Virus record (IMG/VR): IMGVR_UViG_3300030012_001141
Coordinates: 1 to 60,104 of that record
Length of the DNA stretch: 60,104 nucleotides
Reading direction: 5' to 3' (one strand)
Source: a virus
Lineage: Duplodnaviria > Caudoviricetes
Below the pieces are notes generated by a model. The model saw only the letters and a program-made list of their open reading frames with translations, had not been told where the DNA came from and made no database searches. Shown in pieces: positions 9,394 through 18,687 of the stretch (position 1 is its first letter; each line of letters opens with the position of its first letter). The position numbers and the translations under genes are program-made.

Positions 9394-9617
9394 AGATATT
9401 TAAAAAAGGAGGCAAGTCTAAAGGTGGTGGTTACTCTAGCTTAGACGCTGCACAAAAGCAAGTTTATAAAAGAGGTTTAGCTGCATACATGAGTTCAGGT
9501 AATAGACCTAAAGTGTCTCAACATGCTTGGGCTATGGCTCGTGTAAAAAGTGCCTTTGGTAGAAAAGAAGCAGCTAAAATTAGAGCTGGGAAAGGTAAAA
9601 AGAAGACAAAGAAATAA
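9390..9617 (+). CDS. Small highly basic protein
   Basis: 75 aa; YKRGLAAY...RP...QHAWAMARV. Confidence 0.7.
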   Translation: MKIFKKGGKSKGGGYSSLDAAQKQVYKRGLAAYMSSGNRPKVSQHAWAMARVKSAFGRKEAAKIRAGKGKKKTKK

Positions 9618-9621
9618 TCGC

Positions 9622-9629
9622 TATATTTG
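9622..9629 (+). promoter_or_regulatory. Bacteroidota-type -7 promoter element for the head operon
   Basis: TATATTTG, 19 nt upstream of ATG 9649. Confidence 0.65.
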
Positions 9630-9648
9630 CATATAAATAACTATTAAA

Positions 9649-10068
9649 ATGGCAACAACTACTGCAACATTAACACTTTCGAGCGCTGACTTAACTGGTG
9701 ACGCTCTATCGTTGTCTACAACGGCAACACTAACGAAAGCTGGTACACTCACTGGTTTAGATCAAACTACTGGTGTAGCAAGAAGAACTTATTCATCTAC
9801 TTCTTTAGTAAATTTATTAGAAGGTAATGAATACACTGCTGCTAAAGCACATAAGGTTTACTTAAGAAATACAAGCACAGTAGCTACTGAGTACTTTACT
9901 ATTTCTATTGGAGACTCTGGAGGTACACCTGAAGAAATTGGTAGACTATATGCTGGAGACTGGGCTCTTATTCCTTGGTCTGCGCATGACGCTGCTAATG
10001 ACATTTGCATTACACCTAGCGTATCTACAGATATTACTCTTGAGTATATGGTAATTTTTGAAGCGTAA
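9649..10068 (+). CDS. Probable virion structural protein (beta-rich)
   Basis: T/A/S-rich; similar to 10068-10475 and 52942-53406. Confidence 0.6.
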   Translation: MATTTATLTLSSADLTGDALSLSTTATLTKAGTLTGLDQTTGVARRTYSSTSLVNLLEGNEYTAAKAHKVYLRNTSTVATEYFTISIGDSGGTPEEIGRLYAGDWALIPWSAHDAANDICITPSVSTDITLEYMVIFEA

Positions 10069-10475
10069 TGGCTAATTTAAGGGTAGGCTTAACTGTAAAT
10101 AGTACTGACGTTCTTTCGTCTCCTTTGGCTCTTGCTGAAACATTTTCCGCTGCAGTAGATTCTGGAAGTTTAATTAGAGCAAAAGTAAAAGGTACAGCAG
10201 CAGATACAGACGATCTTCTAGTGTATAAGGCAAATGAAAAAAATGAAAGAGCTTACCTTTATATTAAAAACTTAGCTACAGAGCTTGAGCAATACATTTA
10301 CTTAAGAAATGAAAGTGAAGGTGACAACCCTTCTGGTAAAATTGGTGGTGGTGAGTTTGCTTTTATTCCTCTGGCTCCAGATAAAGATTATGAGGTTATT
10401 GCCACTAAGGTAGACACTCTTATAGAATATGGTGTATTTGGTAACGATAACTCTTCAGTATCAGGTAAAGGATAA
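10068..10475 (+). CDS. Probable virion structural protein, paralog of upstream gene
   Basis: YLYIKNL...GKIGGGEFAFIP versus VYLRNT...GRLYAGDWALIP. Confidence 0.6.
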   Translation: MANLRVGLTVNSTDVLSSPLALAETFSAAVDSGSLIRAKVKGTAADTDDLLVYKANEKNERAYLYIKNLATELEQYIYLRNESEGDNPSGKIGGGEFAFIPLAPDKDYEVIATKVDTLIEYGVFGNDNSSVSGKG

Positions 10476-10491
10476 TAAATAAGATAAAAAG

Positions 10492-10848
10492 ATGGCAACA
10501 TTAGCAAATCAAGGTATGGCCAACCAAATGGCTTTCGGTCAGCATGGTAGCACTCATATTGATGGCACTGGAGCTCACGTTCCGCCAACAGGTATGGTTT
10601 ACGTAGCTATTACTTGTTTAGAGGATACTACATTTACGAAACTTGAAGCTGAAGATCCGCTAAAACAATTTGGTACTGATACGGCTAGTCCTGACCCAGA
10701 TACAGATGGAGTTGGAGATACTGTCACTACATCAACTACGTTCCCAAAAGGAATTACTATTTATGGTAGATTTGACGCTATAACTTTAAATGGAGGTAAA
10801 GTATTAGCTTACCATGGTCCATCTAATTCTCCAATCCAGACAGCTTAA
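10492..10848 (+). CDS. Probable virion structural protein
   Basis: FPKGITIYGRFDAITLNGGKVLAY tail; head operon context. Confidence 0.55.
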   Translation: MATLANQGMANQMAFGQHGSTHIDGTGAHVPPTGMVYVAITCLEDTTFTKLEAEDPLKQFGTDTASPDPDTDGVGDTVTTSTTFPKGITIYGRFDAITLNGGKVLAYHGPSNSPIQTA

Positions 10849-10870
10849 TAGAAATTAACAATTTAATATA

Positions 10871-12019
10871 ATGGAAAACGATAACTTCGAGAAAGTGGAG
10901 ATCTTTGATACTCCCGAACAACTTGCTGCCTCTATGCAGGCAGACGCACAACAATCTACAGAAGAGGCTCCACAACAGGAGTCTCAACCTGTTTCTGAGC
11001 AGCCTGTTCAAGAACAGCCAGAGCAAGTAGAACAAGTAGATAATGTGCAGCCTGAACCACAAGAAGAGGTACAGGAAGAAAGACAATATCAAGCGACTAC
11101 TGATGATTTTGTAGATAATCAAGAGTCGACTGAAAACAATATTCAACAGTATTCTGATCAGGAAATTGAAAACGCAGTATTTAACTACGTAAGCGAAAGG
11201 CTAGGACGTGAGGTTAGATCATTTGACGATTTTTCTCAACCTGAAAGTACACTGGATGAAAGAGTGCAAAAGATCGCAGAGTTTGTAAAAAACACGGGCC
11301 GCGATCCTCAAGATTGGTTTAGGTATCAATCGCTAAATCCTTCCGAAATGGATGACATTACAGCGATAAGAGTTCAATACTCTCAAAACTACCCAGACCT
11401 TAACTTTAATGAGATTAACACTCTTATATCTTCTAAGTACAAGCTTAATGCTGATGAACACTCTGATGAAGAAGTAAAAATTTCAACTTTGCAGTTAAAA
11501 ATTGATGCTGCAGATGCGCGTAATAAAATCACGGAAATTCGAGATACTTACGCTGCTCCAGTTCAATCTACTCCTTCTACAGAAACAGAAGAAAGTTACT
11601 TTGATGAATCATGGATGCAAGAAATGATCCGTGAGACATCAGACTTCGAAGGTCTAGAATTTGATCTTGGTAATGGTAAAACTTTCAACTTTGGTGTTGG
11701 AGATAACTATAAAAATAATCTCGTAAATAGACATCAAAAAATAGAGGATTACTTTGACAGGTATGTAGATAGCGATGGAAATTGGGATCATGATACCTTT
11801 AATTCTCATCAAACGCTTATTGACAACATTGACAATATAGTCGCTTCGGCTTATCGTCAAGGTCTTGGAGATGGGCAAAGAGGACTTGTGGATAGAGCTG
11901 CAAATGTATCTACTGCAACTCCTACTGCTACACCAGCTTCGAATGATGTTAATTCGTTAGCTGAGCAGGTAAAGAACATTATGGGGGCAACCTCAAATAA
12001 AATGACTTTTAAAATTTAA
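10871..12019 (+). CDS. Probable capsid scaffolding/assembly protein
   Basis: Acidic, Q/E-rich disordered N-terminus; immediately upstream of the major capsid gene. Confidence 0.6.
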   Translation: MENDNFEKVEIFDTPEQLAASMQADAQQSTEEAPQQESQPVSEQPVQEQPEQVEQVDNVQPEPQEEVQEERQYQATTDDFVDNQESTENNIQQYSDQEIENAVFNYVSERLGREVRSFDDFSQPESTLDERVQKIAEFVKNTGRDPQDWFRYQSLNPSEMDDITAIRVQYSQNYPDLNFNEINTLISSKYKLNADEHSDEEVKISTLQLKIDAADARNKITEIRDTYAAPVQSTPSTETEESYFDESWMQEMIRETSDFEGLEFDLGNGKTFNFGVGDNYKNNLVNRHQKIEDYFDRYVDSDGNWDHDTFNSHQTLIDNIDNIVASAYRQGLGDGQRGLVDRAANVSTATPTATPASNDVNSLAEQVKNIMGATSNKMTFKI

Positions 12020-12032
12020 AAACTAAGAAACA

Positions 12033-13466
12033 ATGGCAACTATTGGAACAGATAGAACTGCAAGTACAGGTAATTTACCTCCGATTGATGGAACAGCTGC
12101 TGGTAACAATCCAGCAGCATTTCGTATTAGTCCAGAGACTTACACTACTGTAGATTCTTTAATCAAAACAACTAAGGACTTTGTTATGCCTAATCTCGTT
12201 GAAACATACGGTGATCAAGGTATTACAGGATTCTTAAAACTAACTGGCGCAATCAACGCTGGTGGACAATCTGACCAGATCGACTGGTGGGAAATGGGTC
12301 GTCGTCACAAGACGTTGGCTTACACAGCTGGAAACACTACTATTGGTGCTTCTGGTGTTAACGTAACTATTACAGATTCAGCTGTTACTGAAGCTGTTCA
12401 AGCACAAGACGTTCTTATGGACGTAGGTACTGGTGCTCGTTTCATCGTTAAGTCTGGTGGATTCGGAACAGGTTCAGCTGCTGACGTTGTGCTTATTAAG
12501 CTTGACGGAACTGCTGCTGTAGAAGATACAGATATCGATGCTTCAGCTGGTGGTACACTTATCAAGATTGGTAACATGTACGCACAAGGAACAAACCAGC
12601 CTACTGCATTTGACGAGCCAGGTGTTCGCAGATACTCTAACCCATTCATGATCGTTAAAGATCGTTATGAGGTTAATGGATCTCAAGCGACTAACATCGG
12701 CTGGGTTAACATCGGTGGCGGTGAGTACCGTTGGTTCATGAAGGGTGAGCAAGAAGCTCGCGCTCGTTTTGAGGACCGTCGTGAACTTATGATGCTATTC
12801 GGTGAGAAGAATGATGGATCAGGTGCTCAAGCTCTTGATGATAATCTTGCTGGATCTGAAGGTTACTTCTCAGCTATCCAAGATCGTGGTATCCAAGTAT
12901 CTAACGCTAACGCAAACCCACTTGATTCATTCTCTGAGTTTGATGATATTATCATGGAGCTTGATAAGCAAGGTGCGCCTTCTGAGTACGCTATGTACGT
13001 AAACAGAAAGCAAGACCTAGCTATCGACGACATGCTTGCTACAGGTTTAGCTACTTCAGTTACTGCTGGTCTTCCAGGACAGTTCGGAGCATTCAATAAC
13101 GACGCTGATATGGCTGTAAAGCTAGGATTTAAGTCGTTTACTCGTGGTGGATACACTTTCCACAAGCACGATTGGAAGCTTCTTAACGATCCTACTCTTC
13201 TAGGTGCATCTAACTTTATTCAAGGGGCTATGATCCCAATGACTCAAGTTGCTGACGCACGTAGCGGAATGAAGGCTCCAGCTCTAGCGATGTACTACAA
13301 GGAAGCTAATGGCTACTCTCGTGAGATGGAGCACTGGGTAACTGGTAGTATTTTAGGTCACACTAACAACGGTGATGTTGGATCAGATAACGCTGTATTC
13401 CACTACCGTTCAGAAATCGCTCTTTGCGTACGTGGTGCGAATCAGCACGTAATGATTAAGGGTTAA
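12033..13466 (+). CDS. Major capsid protein
   Basis: 477 aa; strongly biased codons; ETYGDQGITGFL, GSEGYFSAI, LGFKSFTRGGYTF, GANQHV motifs of crAss-like/Flavobacteria phage capsids. Confidence 0.85.
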   Translation: MATIGTDRTASTGNLPPIDGTAAGNNPAAFRISPETYTTVDSLIKTTKDFVMPNLVETYGDQGITGFLKLTGAINAGGQSDQIDWWEMGRRHKTLAYTAGNTTIGASGVNVTITDSAVTEAVQAQDVLMDVGTGARFIVKSGGFGTGSAADVVLIKLDGTAAVEDTDIDASAGGTLIKIGNMYAQGTNQPTAFDEPGVRRYSNPFMIVKDRYEVNGSQATNIGWVNIGGGEYRWFMKGEQEARARFEDRRELMMLFGEKNDGSGAQALDDNLAGSEGYFSAIQDRGIQVSNANANPLDSFSEFDDIIMELDKQGAPSEYAMYVNRKQDLAIDDMLATGLATSVTAGLPGQFGAFNNDADMAVKLGFKSFTRGGYTFHKHDWKLLNDPTLLGASNFIQGAMIPMTQVADARSGMKAPALAMYYKEANGYSREMEHWVTGSILGHTNNGDVGSDNAVFHYRSEIALCVRGANQHVMIKG

Positions 13467-13493
13467 TTGTTTAACTATTAAAACTTAATTATT

Positions 13494-13946
13494 ATGGCTA
13501 CATTTAATTACGGATCAGGAGCTGTTATTGCTGCAAAAGTAGTAACAGTAAAAGACGCAGTTGTAAACGGAGTTGACACTTCTTTTGAAGTTGATCAGCC
13601 AGCTAAATCATTTCTATCAGGTGTATTTATTAAAGTTAACAGTGCTGTTGCTATGGACAGCGGTAGCGTTGGTTTTAATATTGGTGATGCTTCAGGAGAG
13701 ACTGATATCTTTAATGATACAGACTTCTTCTTATCTTCAGGTACTGCTATCCCAAAAGATACAATATACCACATCACATCATCTGATCTTGGTAGACAAG
13801 CTGCTGGTAATGGATCTCCAGCTTTAGCAAAAGGGTACACGGATACTGATAGAAAGATCTTTGCTTTTATTGACAACCCTTCGGTTTCAATAACTTCAGC
13901 GGGAACTTTTGAAGTTCACTTTCAGTTTACTCACTTCGCAAATTAA
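13494..13946 (+). CDS. Probable auxiliary capsid/decoration protein
   Basis: Beta-rich, directly after capsid gene and before the terminator. Confidence 0.55.
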   Translation: MATFNYGSGAVIAAKVVTVKDAVVNGVDTSFEVDQPAKSFLSGVFIKVNSAVAMDSGSVGFNIGDASGETDIFNDTDFFLSSGTAIPKDTIYHITSSDLGRQAAGNGSPALAKGYTDTDRKIFAFIDNPSVSITSAGTFEVHFQFTHFAN

Positions 13947-13970
13947 TAACTAAAAAAACAAAAAGAAATA

Positions 13971-14477
13971 ATGAACGAACTAATTCTTAATAAGCTAGAA
14001 GTTGCTAGCGGTAAGGGTTCTATAACAAGCATGAAGGCTGTTCAGGGTACAGATATCGCTGATAGCACTGCTGCTTTGGCAATGGACGCTTCTTACCTCA
14101 ATAAAGTAACATTCTCTTTGCTTGATGGTGCTGCAAAGACGGTAACATTACCTACGTTCTCTAATGTTGGAGATAAGGTAATCATCGTTTTAGCTGCTGA
14201 TCTAGTAGCGAGTGGTGTACTTACTATTGATTGCGCTGGCTCTCAAAGCTTTGATACTGGAAGCTACTACTCTTACGAGGGTGCTTCAAATGTTAGCAAA
14301 ATTGACAGAGCTACAGCTGGTGAAACTACATTAGTAGCTACTGGCGCTGGTACAAACTCTGGAGCTGCAAAAGGCTCTGTTGTTGAGTTTTTATATGTTG
14401 GAGATGACAAGATCTTGGTATCTGGGCGTGGTAGAGCGCTTGGAACTGGATCTGACGCTTGGGCGTTTGGTGCATAA
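13971..14477 (+). CDS. Probable virion decoration or fibre protein
   Basis: A/G/S/T-rich; TVTLPT...GDKVII pattern. Confidence 0.55.
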   Translation: MNELILNKLEVASGKGSITSMKAVQGTDIADSTAALAMDASYLNKVTFSLLDGAAKTVTLPTFSNVGDKVIIVLAADLVASGVLTIDCAGSQSFDTGSYYSYEGASNVSKIDRATAGETTLVATGAGTNSGAAKGSVVEFLYVGDDKILVSGRGRALGTGSDAWAFGA

Positions 14478-14495
14478 TAACATATATTGTGTTAC

Positions 14496-14527
14496 GAGAA
14501 AGGGGCTTCGGCCCCTTTTTCTTTTTT
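14496..14527 (+). terminator. Intrinsic terminator after the capsid operon
   Basis: AAAGGGGC-TTCG-GCCCCTTT hairpin followed by T tract. Confidence 0.85.
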
Positions 14528-14528
14528 G

Positions 14529-14536
14529 TATATTTG
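14529..14536 (+). promoter_or_regulatory. -7 promoter element, near-leaderless
   Basis: TATATTTG then 4 nt then ATG 14541. Confidence 0.65.
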
Positions 14537-14540
14537 TATT

Positions 14541-14834
14541 ATGAAAGTAAAGAAGAGAGATCCAAAGGTTGGTACAGGTAAAAAGCCTAAAGGTTCTGGT
14601 AGAAGGCTTTACACAGATGAGAACCCAAAAGACACAGTGCGTATTAAGTTTGCCACACCTGCAGACGCTAGAGCTACTGTGGCTAAAGTTAAAAGAAGCG
14701 GTAAGCCTTTTGCTAGAAAAATACAGATACTAACTGTAGGTGAGCAAAGAGCTAAAGTTATGAAGAAAAACGAAGTGGCTGCTATATTTAAGAGGGGTAA
14801 AGAATCTATTAGAAGGGCAAGAAAAAATGATTAA
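14541..14834 (+). CDS. Small basic conserved phage protein
   Basis: GTGKKPKGSGRRLYTDENPKDTV; start moved from 14487 because that extension runs through the terminator. Confidence 0.7.
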   Translation: MKVKKRDPKVGTGKKPKGSGRRLYTDENPKDTVRIKFATPADARATVAKVKRSGKPFARKIQILTVGEQRAKVMKKNEVAAIFKRGKESIRRARKND

Positions 14835-15147
14835 GTATTTATTTTTTCAAAACGGGACTGATGATTCTGCTCTAATGCCAGCTGCAGATCTTGTTGACAT
14901 GGAGATAAATTCTGACGGAACTGATTTAACTATATCATTTAGCAGTTTATTACAGACTGAGGGTGTAAATTACTCCATAGTACTTTCTATAACAGAAGAT
15001 ACAGGTAGGCAAGTTATGTCTGAAATTGTTGATGAGATAGCATTTGGCGACAACCCATTTATAACGATAGCCGACGAGGCAAACAGCGAGTTTATACACC
15101 CTGACATAACAGCTGTAGAAACAACATTAGACGGAAGTTTTCAATAA
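14827..15147 (+). CDS. Probable structural protein
   Basis: Acidic; N-terminal domain resembles those of 15147 and 16369. Confidence 0.55.
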   Translation: MIKYLFFQNGTDDSALMPAADLVDMEINSDGTDLTISFSSLLQTEGVNYSIVLSITEDTGRQVMSEIVDEIAFGDNPFITIADEANSEFIHPDITAVETTLDGSFQ

Positions 15148-15938
15148 TGGCCATTGATCCAAATAAAAAATTCCTATATTTTAATAAAGACTCTACATCT
15201 GGTGAGATGGATGAAGCTCTATGCTTCCCCGTTTCTAGTTTTATAGGTGCTGAAACTCAAACCACGTCGAGCATTGATTTATATTTTAAAGGCTCTAAAG
15301 GTGTTGATGCAACACAAGTGAATGTTGTTTTAGAGAGTGCTTTTATTGACGTTAAATCTTTTTACAAAAAATTAGTTGATCAGATTAACTTCGGAGAGAT
15401 AGCCTTTATAAAGGTAAATGACTATGCAGAGAGATCTACTCATCAATCTGACATTACATTTGGAATGACTGGTGATATAGCCCCCGTGTTCACACTACAG
15501 GACTCTGATGTGTCGGGCGGTGTAACAGCAGATCCTTTTAGTACAACTGTTATAAAGGTGCTACCAAGTCAATTTATATGTAATGATGACGTAGGTAGAC
15601 CTGCGATGATAGAAGACGATACGTCAAATACTTTGGGTGTTAGAGCCGCTCACACCTCGATGGAGATGTATGCGTTTCAAAAACTACCTAGTGGATACAA
15701 AGCAACTCACGTACAGGTTCACGCTAGCGCTAGCACCAGTAGCGCAGTTACAGCTAGATCATTTAACTATCAAACTGGAGCAGACAATAACGTGAGTGAA
15801 ACATCAGGAGATTTTAATTCTAATATCGATATAACAGACATACCATCTAGTGCAACTCAAGATTTAGTAATAAAGGTAGCACCAGCATCTACATCAACAA
15901 TAATATATGGAGCAACAGTAACAATAGCAACAATATAA
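15147..15938 (+). CDS. Probable fibre or appendage protein
   Basis: Shared N-terminal domain plus S/T-rich beta C-terminal domain. Confidence 0.55.
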   Translation: MAIDPNKKFLYFNKDSTSGEMDEALCFPVSSFIGAETQTTSSIDLYFKGSKGVDATQVNVVLESAFIDVKSFYKKLVDQINFGEIAFIKVNDYAERSTHQSDITFGMTGDIAPVFTLQDSDVSGGVTADPFSTTVIKVLPSQFICNDDVGRPAMIEDDTSNTLGVRAAHTSMEMYAFQKLPSGYKATHVQVHASASTSSAVTARSFNYQTGADNNVSETSGDFNSNIDITDIPSSATQDLVIKVAPASTSTIIYGATVTIATI

Positions 15939-15939
15939 C

Positions 15940-16350
15940 ATGGCATTATCTACAGCAAAATACGAGGCAATACACAATAAAACAGGTAGTGATTTAGCGT
16001 CTATTAAATCAAACTTTGATAACGGACAGCATTTATCTGTTATTGACTTTCCAGCTGAATCTGCTATTTTGTACCAGATACAAAAAATGCAAGACGAGCT
16101 TGATTATCTTAGAGGTATAATAGATGCTAACAACGATAAGGTTAGTATGACTCTTGGTACTACAGGTAGCACTGCTTTAGCAGGTGACACAAACATAGTC
16201 ACTATAGGTAGCAGTACGACAATAGCTTTTGGTGATATGATTACCACAACTACTACAGATAAAAAAGGTAATACTGTTACAAGCTACAGCATAGTAATGA
16301 CTGTAACAAACGGTGGGGTAAGTAAAACCATAACGCACACACTAACTTAA
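15940..16350 (+). CDS. Probable fibre-associated protein
   Basis: Short coiled coil then LGTTGSTALAGD fibre-like motif. Confidence 0.5.
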   Translation: MALSTAKYEAIHNKTGSDLASIKSNFDNGQHLSVIDFPAESAILYQIQKMQDELDYLRGIIDANNDKVSMTLGTTGSTALAGDTNIVTIGSSTTIAFGDMITTTTTDKKGNTVTSYSIVMTVTNGGVSKTITHTLT

Positions 16351-16356
16351 TAGCTT

Positions 16357-16364
16357 TATATTTG
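16357..16364 (+). promoter_or_regulatory. -7 promoter element, near-leaderless
   Basis: TATATTTG then 4 nt then ATG 16369. Confidence 0.6.
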
Positions 16365-16368
16365 TAAT

Positions 16369-17769
16369 ATGAAAAAGTTTTTCTTATTTCGTAGATCTGA
16401 TCCAGTAGGTCCTGTAAAAAGGGTTTCTGATAATGGTAAAGATATATCTGTTATAGCAATACCAGCTGATAAAATTGCTTTCATTACTGCTGGTAAAGGA
16501 GAGGTAAATATTACGTTTAATAGCGCTGGGATTTACGAAGATAGCGAACTTTTTACTGGTGATTCTATAGAAAAAACAAATGTATCTATATCGTGTGAAG
16601 AAGGATCTGAAGTTAAACTAATAGAAAAGATTGTTATTTTCTCAACAAGAGAGGGGGGTAAAAACATAATGAAGTTTGATGCTGTAGATAAAACAGCTAC
16701 ATTTGATGATGTGTTAGTAGACAATGTGTCTAATATTAAAGCTAAAATAAAGTCTCAACCTACAGAAAGGATTACTCAAAAAATTAGCACTGGTAATGCA
16801 GCTACTAGATTCTTAAATGTTATAGGTGAAATAAATTTTGGTAGTAGGGAGAACAGACCTTTTGTAGACTATAATCACGAAAGTATGTATCCTGTTGACA
16901 ACACAGATATTGTCGCTGTCGCTGCAGCTGAGTGGAAGAATGCAGGTACGGGAGGAGCTGCATATGACATAACAGGAGGAACTGGCTCTGTAACGACACA
17001 AACTGAATCTACAGCAGCAGCTGTTGGTCTTGGACAGATATGTGCTCAATTTGCATCTAACTCATTTTTAGACGTACCAGACATCACAATAAAAGATGAT
17101 TATACTATGTATTTTGTCATAGGAGATGCGGGTTCAGGCTCTGGAAGTGATGGATTTGGCGTATTGTTTGGTGACGATAATGGCGAAACCACAGGTTTTT
17201 CTTCCGCATCATTTCCTGATGAATTTACAATGAGACATGATGGACTAAATGGAAAACCATTTAAAGTTAGAACATTAGATAAAAGTGCAGGCACTGAAGC
17301 ATATCAATTCCCAGACAGATCTTCTGTATCAAATATAGGTGAAAGACAGTTTTGTTACGTATTTGTTATAAGAAGAGATAAGGAGTTTAATATGTATCTT
17401 TACAACTTTGAAGGAGAACTAGTTGCGTTTGTCCCAGCATTTACTGTGAGATCCACATCTAGAAAAACTACAAAAGAAACAAGAATTAATTTGAATAGAA
17501 TAAATGTAAATACAGTAAGATCATCTTATGATCCTTCTTCACTTAGCAGAGATCGAGATAGTAAAAAAATTATAAAAGTAACTGAAGGGACACCAGGGAG
17601 AACTGATGGTAATCTTTTGATACAGCAGTTAGGAAGTGCTGGTGGTAATGTTACGAATAGTTTTTCTAATACTTTAGCTAGGTTTGGGATTATAAATAGA
17701 GATACAGGAGATGCTTTTTGTTCTCAATTAGCTCAAGATCTTTATGATTTATATAAACCGACAGTATAA
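16369..17769 (+). CDS. Probable tail/appendage protein with lectin-like (LamG-like) C-terminal domain
   Basis: VAAAEWKNAGTG...DYTMYFV...FVIRR...LAQDLYDLY pattern. Confidence 0.5.
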   Translation: MKKFFLFRRSDPVGPVKRVSDNGKDISVIAIPADKIAFITAGKGEVNITFNSAGIYEDSELFTGDSIEKTNVSISCEEGSEVKLIEKIVIFSTREGGKNIMKFDAVDKTATFDDVLVDNVSNIKAKIKSQPTERITQKISTGNAATRFLNVIGEINFGSRENRPFVDYNHESMYPVDNTDIVAVAAAEWKNAGTGGAAYDITGGTGSVTTQTESTAAAVGLGQICAQFASNSFLDVPDITIKDDYTMYFVIGDAGSGSGSDGFGVLFGDDNGETTGFSSASFPDEFTMRHDGLNGKPFKVRTLDKSAGTEAYQFPDRSSVSNIGERQFCYVFVIRRDKEFNMYLYNFEGELVAFVPAFTVRSTSRKTTKETRINLNRINVNTVRSSYDPSSLSRDRDSKKIIKVTEGTPGRTDGNLLIQQLGSAGGNVTNSFSNTLARFGIINRDTGDAFCSQLAQDLYDLYKPTV

Positions 17770-17786
17770 TTTTAATTTAATATATT

Positions 17787-18620
17787 ATGACAACTAAAAC
17801 AAAAACAGCCCCAAAGGCTCAAGAGACTGTAGCGCCAGTTGCAGAACAGATGAAACCAAAAACGGTTTCTAAACCAAAACGTACTATTAAGCGTAAAGAA
17901 GCAATACTTCAACACGCAGAGTATGAAATACCAAAGAATGCAGGTATTGTATATATGCTCCCACAAAAAGGCATTACCGTATATGATAGTGAAAAAGATA
18001 CAGTTCGTGAAATGCGCTACTGCCCTAATGAGCCATCTATATGGGCTGACGAGCAAGGTGATAATGCACGTAAAGAAACTGTAGCATTTAGAGAAGGTAA
18101 GTTATTTGTGCCAAAAGACAAGCCAAATCTACGTTTATTTATGGATAATCACCCTATGAACATGGCTAACGGTGGTAAAATTTTTAGACAAGTAGATAAG
18201 AAGAAAGATGCAGAAGTTGAACTTGCGAAAGAATTTAAGCTTACTGAGGCTATTGCTATGGTAAGAGATAAAGATATTAATGAGTTATTACCAATAGCTT
18301 TATACTTTGGTGTAAACATTAACACTCCTGTTACTGAAATTAGATACAATCTTCTTAATATTGCAAAGAAGAAAACACAAGATTTTATCGAAGCGTTTGA
18401 TTCTCCGCAGGTGCAGACTAGATCTACTATTCAACAAGCAAAAGATTATCAGATTATTAACGTAAAATCTGACGGTACTTACTGGTTTGATTCAAACAGA
18501 TTAATTGTTTCTACACCTGTAGGTCAAGAGTCTATGGATGTTATGGTTAGGTTCTGCCTCACTGAAAAAGGAGCATCTGTGTTATCGACTTTAGAGGATA
18601 GGTTAGATAGATTAGGATAG
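17787..18620 (+). CDS. Conserved crAss-like/Flavobacteria phage structural-module protein
   Basis: REMRYCPNEPSIWADEQ...FREGKLFVPK motif; precedes tail ring genes; ends in TAG. Confidence 0.65.
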   Translation: MTTKTKTAPKAQETVAPVAEQMKPKTVSKPKRTIKRKEAILQHAEYEIPKNAGIVYMLPQKGITVYDSEKDTVREMRYCPNEPSIWADEQGDNARKETVAFREGKLFVPKDKPNLRLFMDNHPMNMANGGKIFRQVDKKKDAEVELAKEFKLTEAIAMVRDKDINELLPIALYFGVNINTPVTEIRYNLLNIAKKKTQDFIEAFDSPQVQTRSTIQQAKDYQIINVKSDGTYWFDSNRLIVSTPVGQESMDVMVRFCLTEKGASVLSTLEDRLDRLG

Positions 18621-18640
18621 ACATATTCTAGCCACTATGG

Positions 18641-18674
18641 GAGAGCCGCCTTTATTGGGCGGCTTTTCTTTTTT
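18641..18674 (+). terminator. Intrinsic terminator
   Basis: AGCCGCC...GGCGGCT stem followed by TTTCTTTTT. Confidence 0.8.
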
Positions 18675-18675
18675 G

Positions 18676-18683
18676 TATATTTG
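18676..18683 (+). promoter_or_regulatory. -7 promoter element, near-leaderless
   Basis: TATATTTG then 4 nt then ATG 18688. Confidence 0.65.
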
Positions 18684-18687
18684 TGAT

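Noticed and set aside
14487-14540. N-terminal extensions of track ORFs 14487 and 18637
   Set aside because: They translate terminator and promoter sequence; downstream ATGs at 14541 and 18688 fit better
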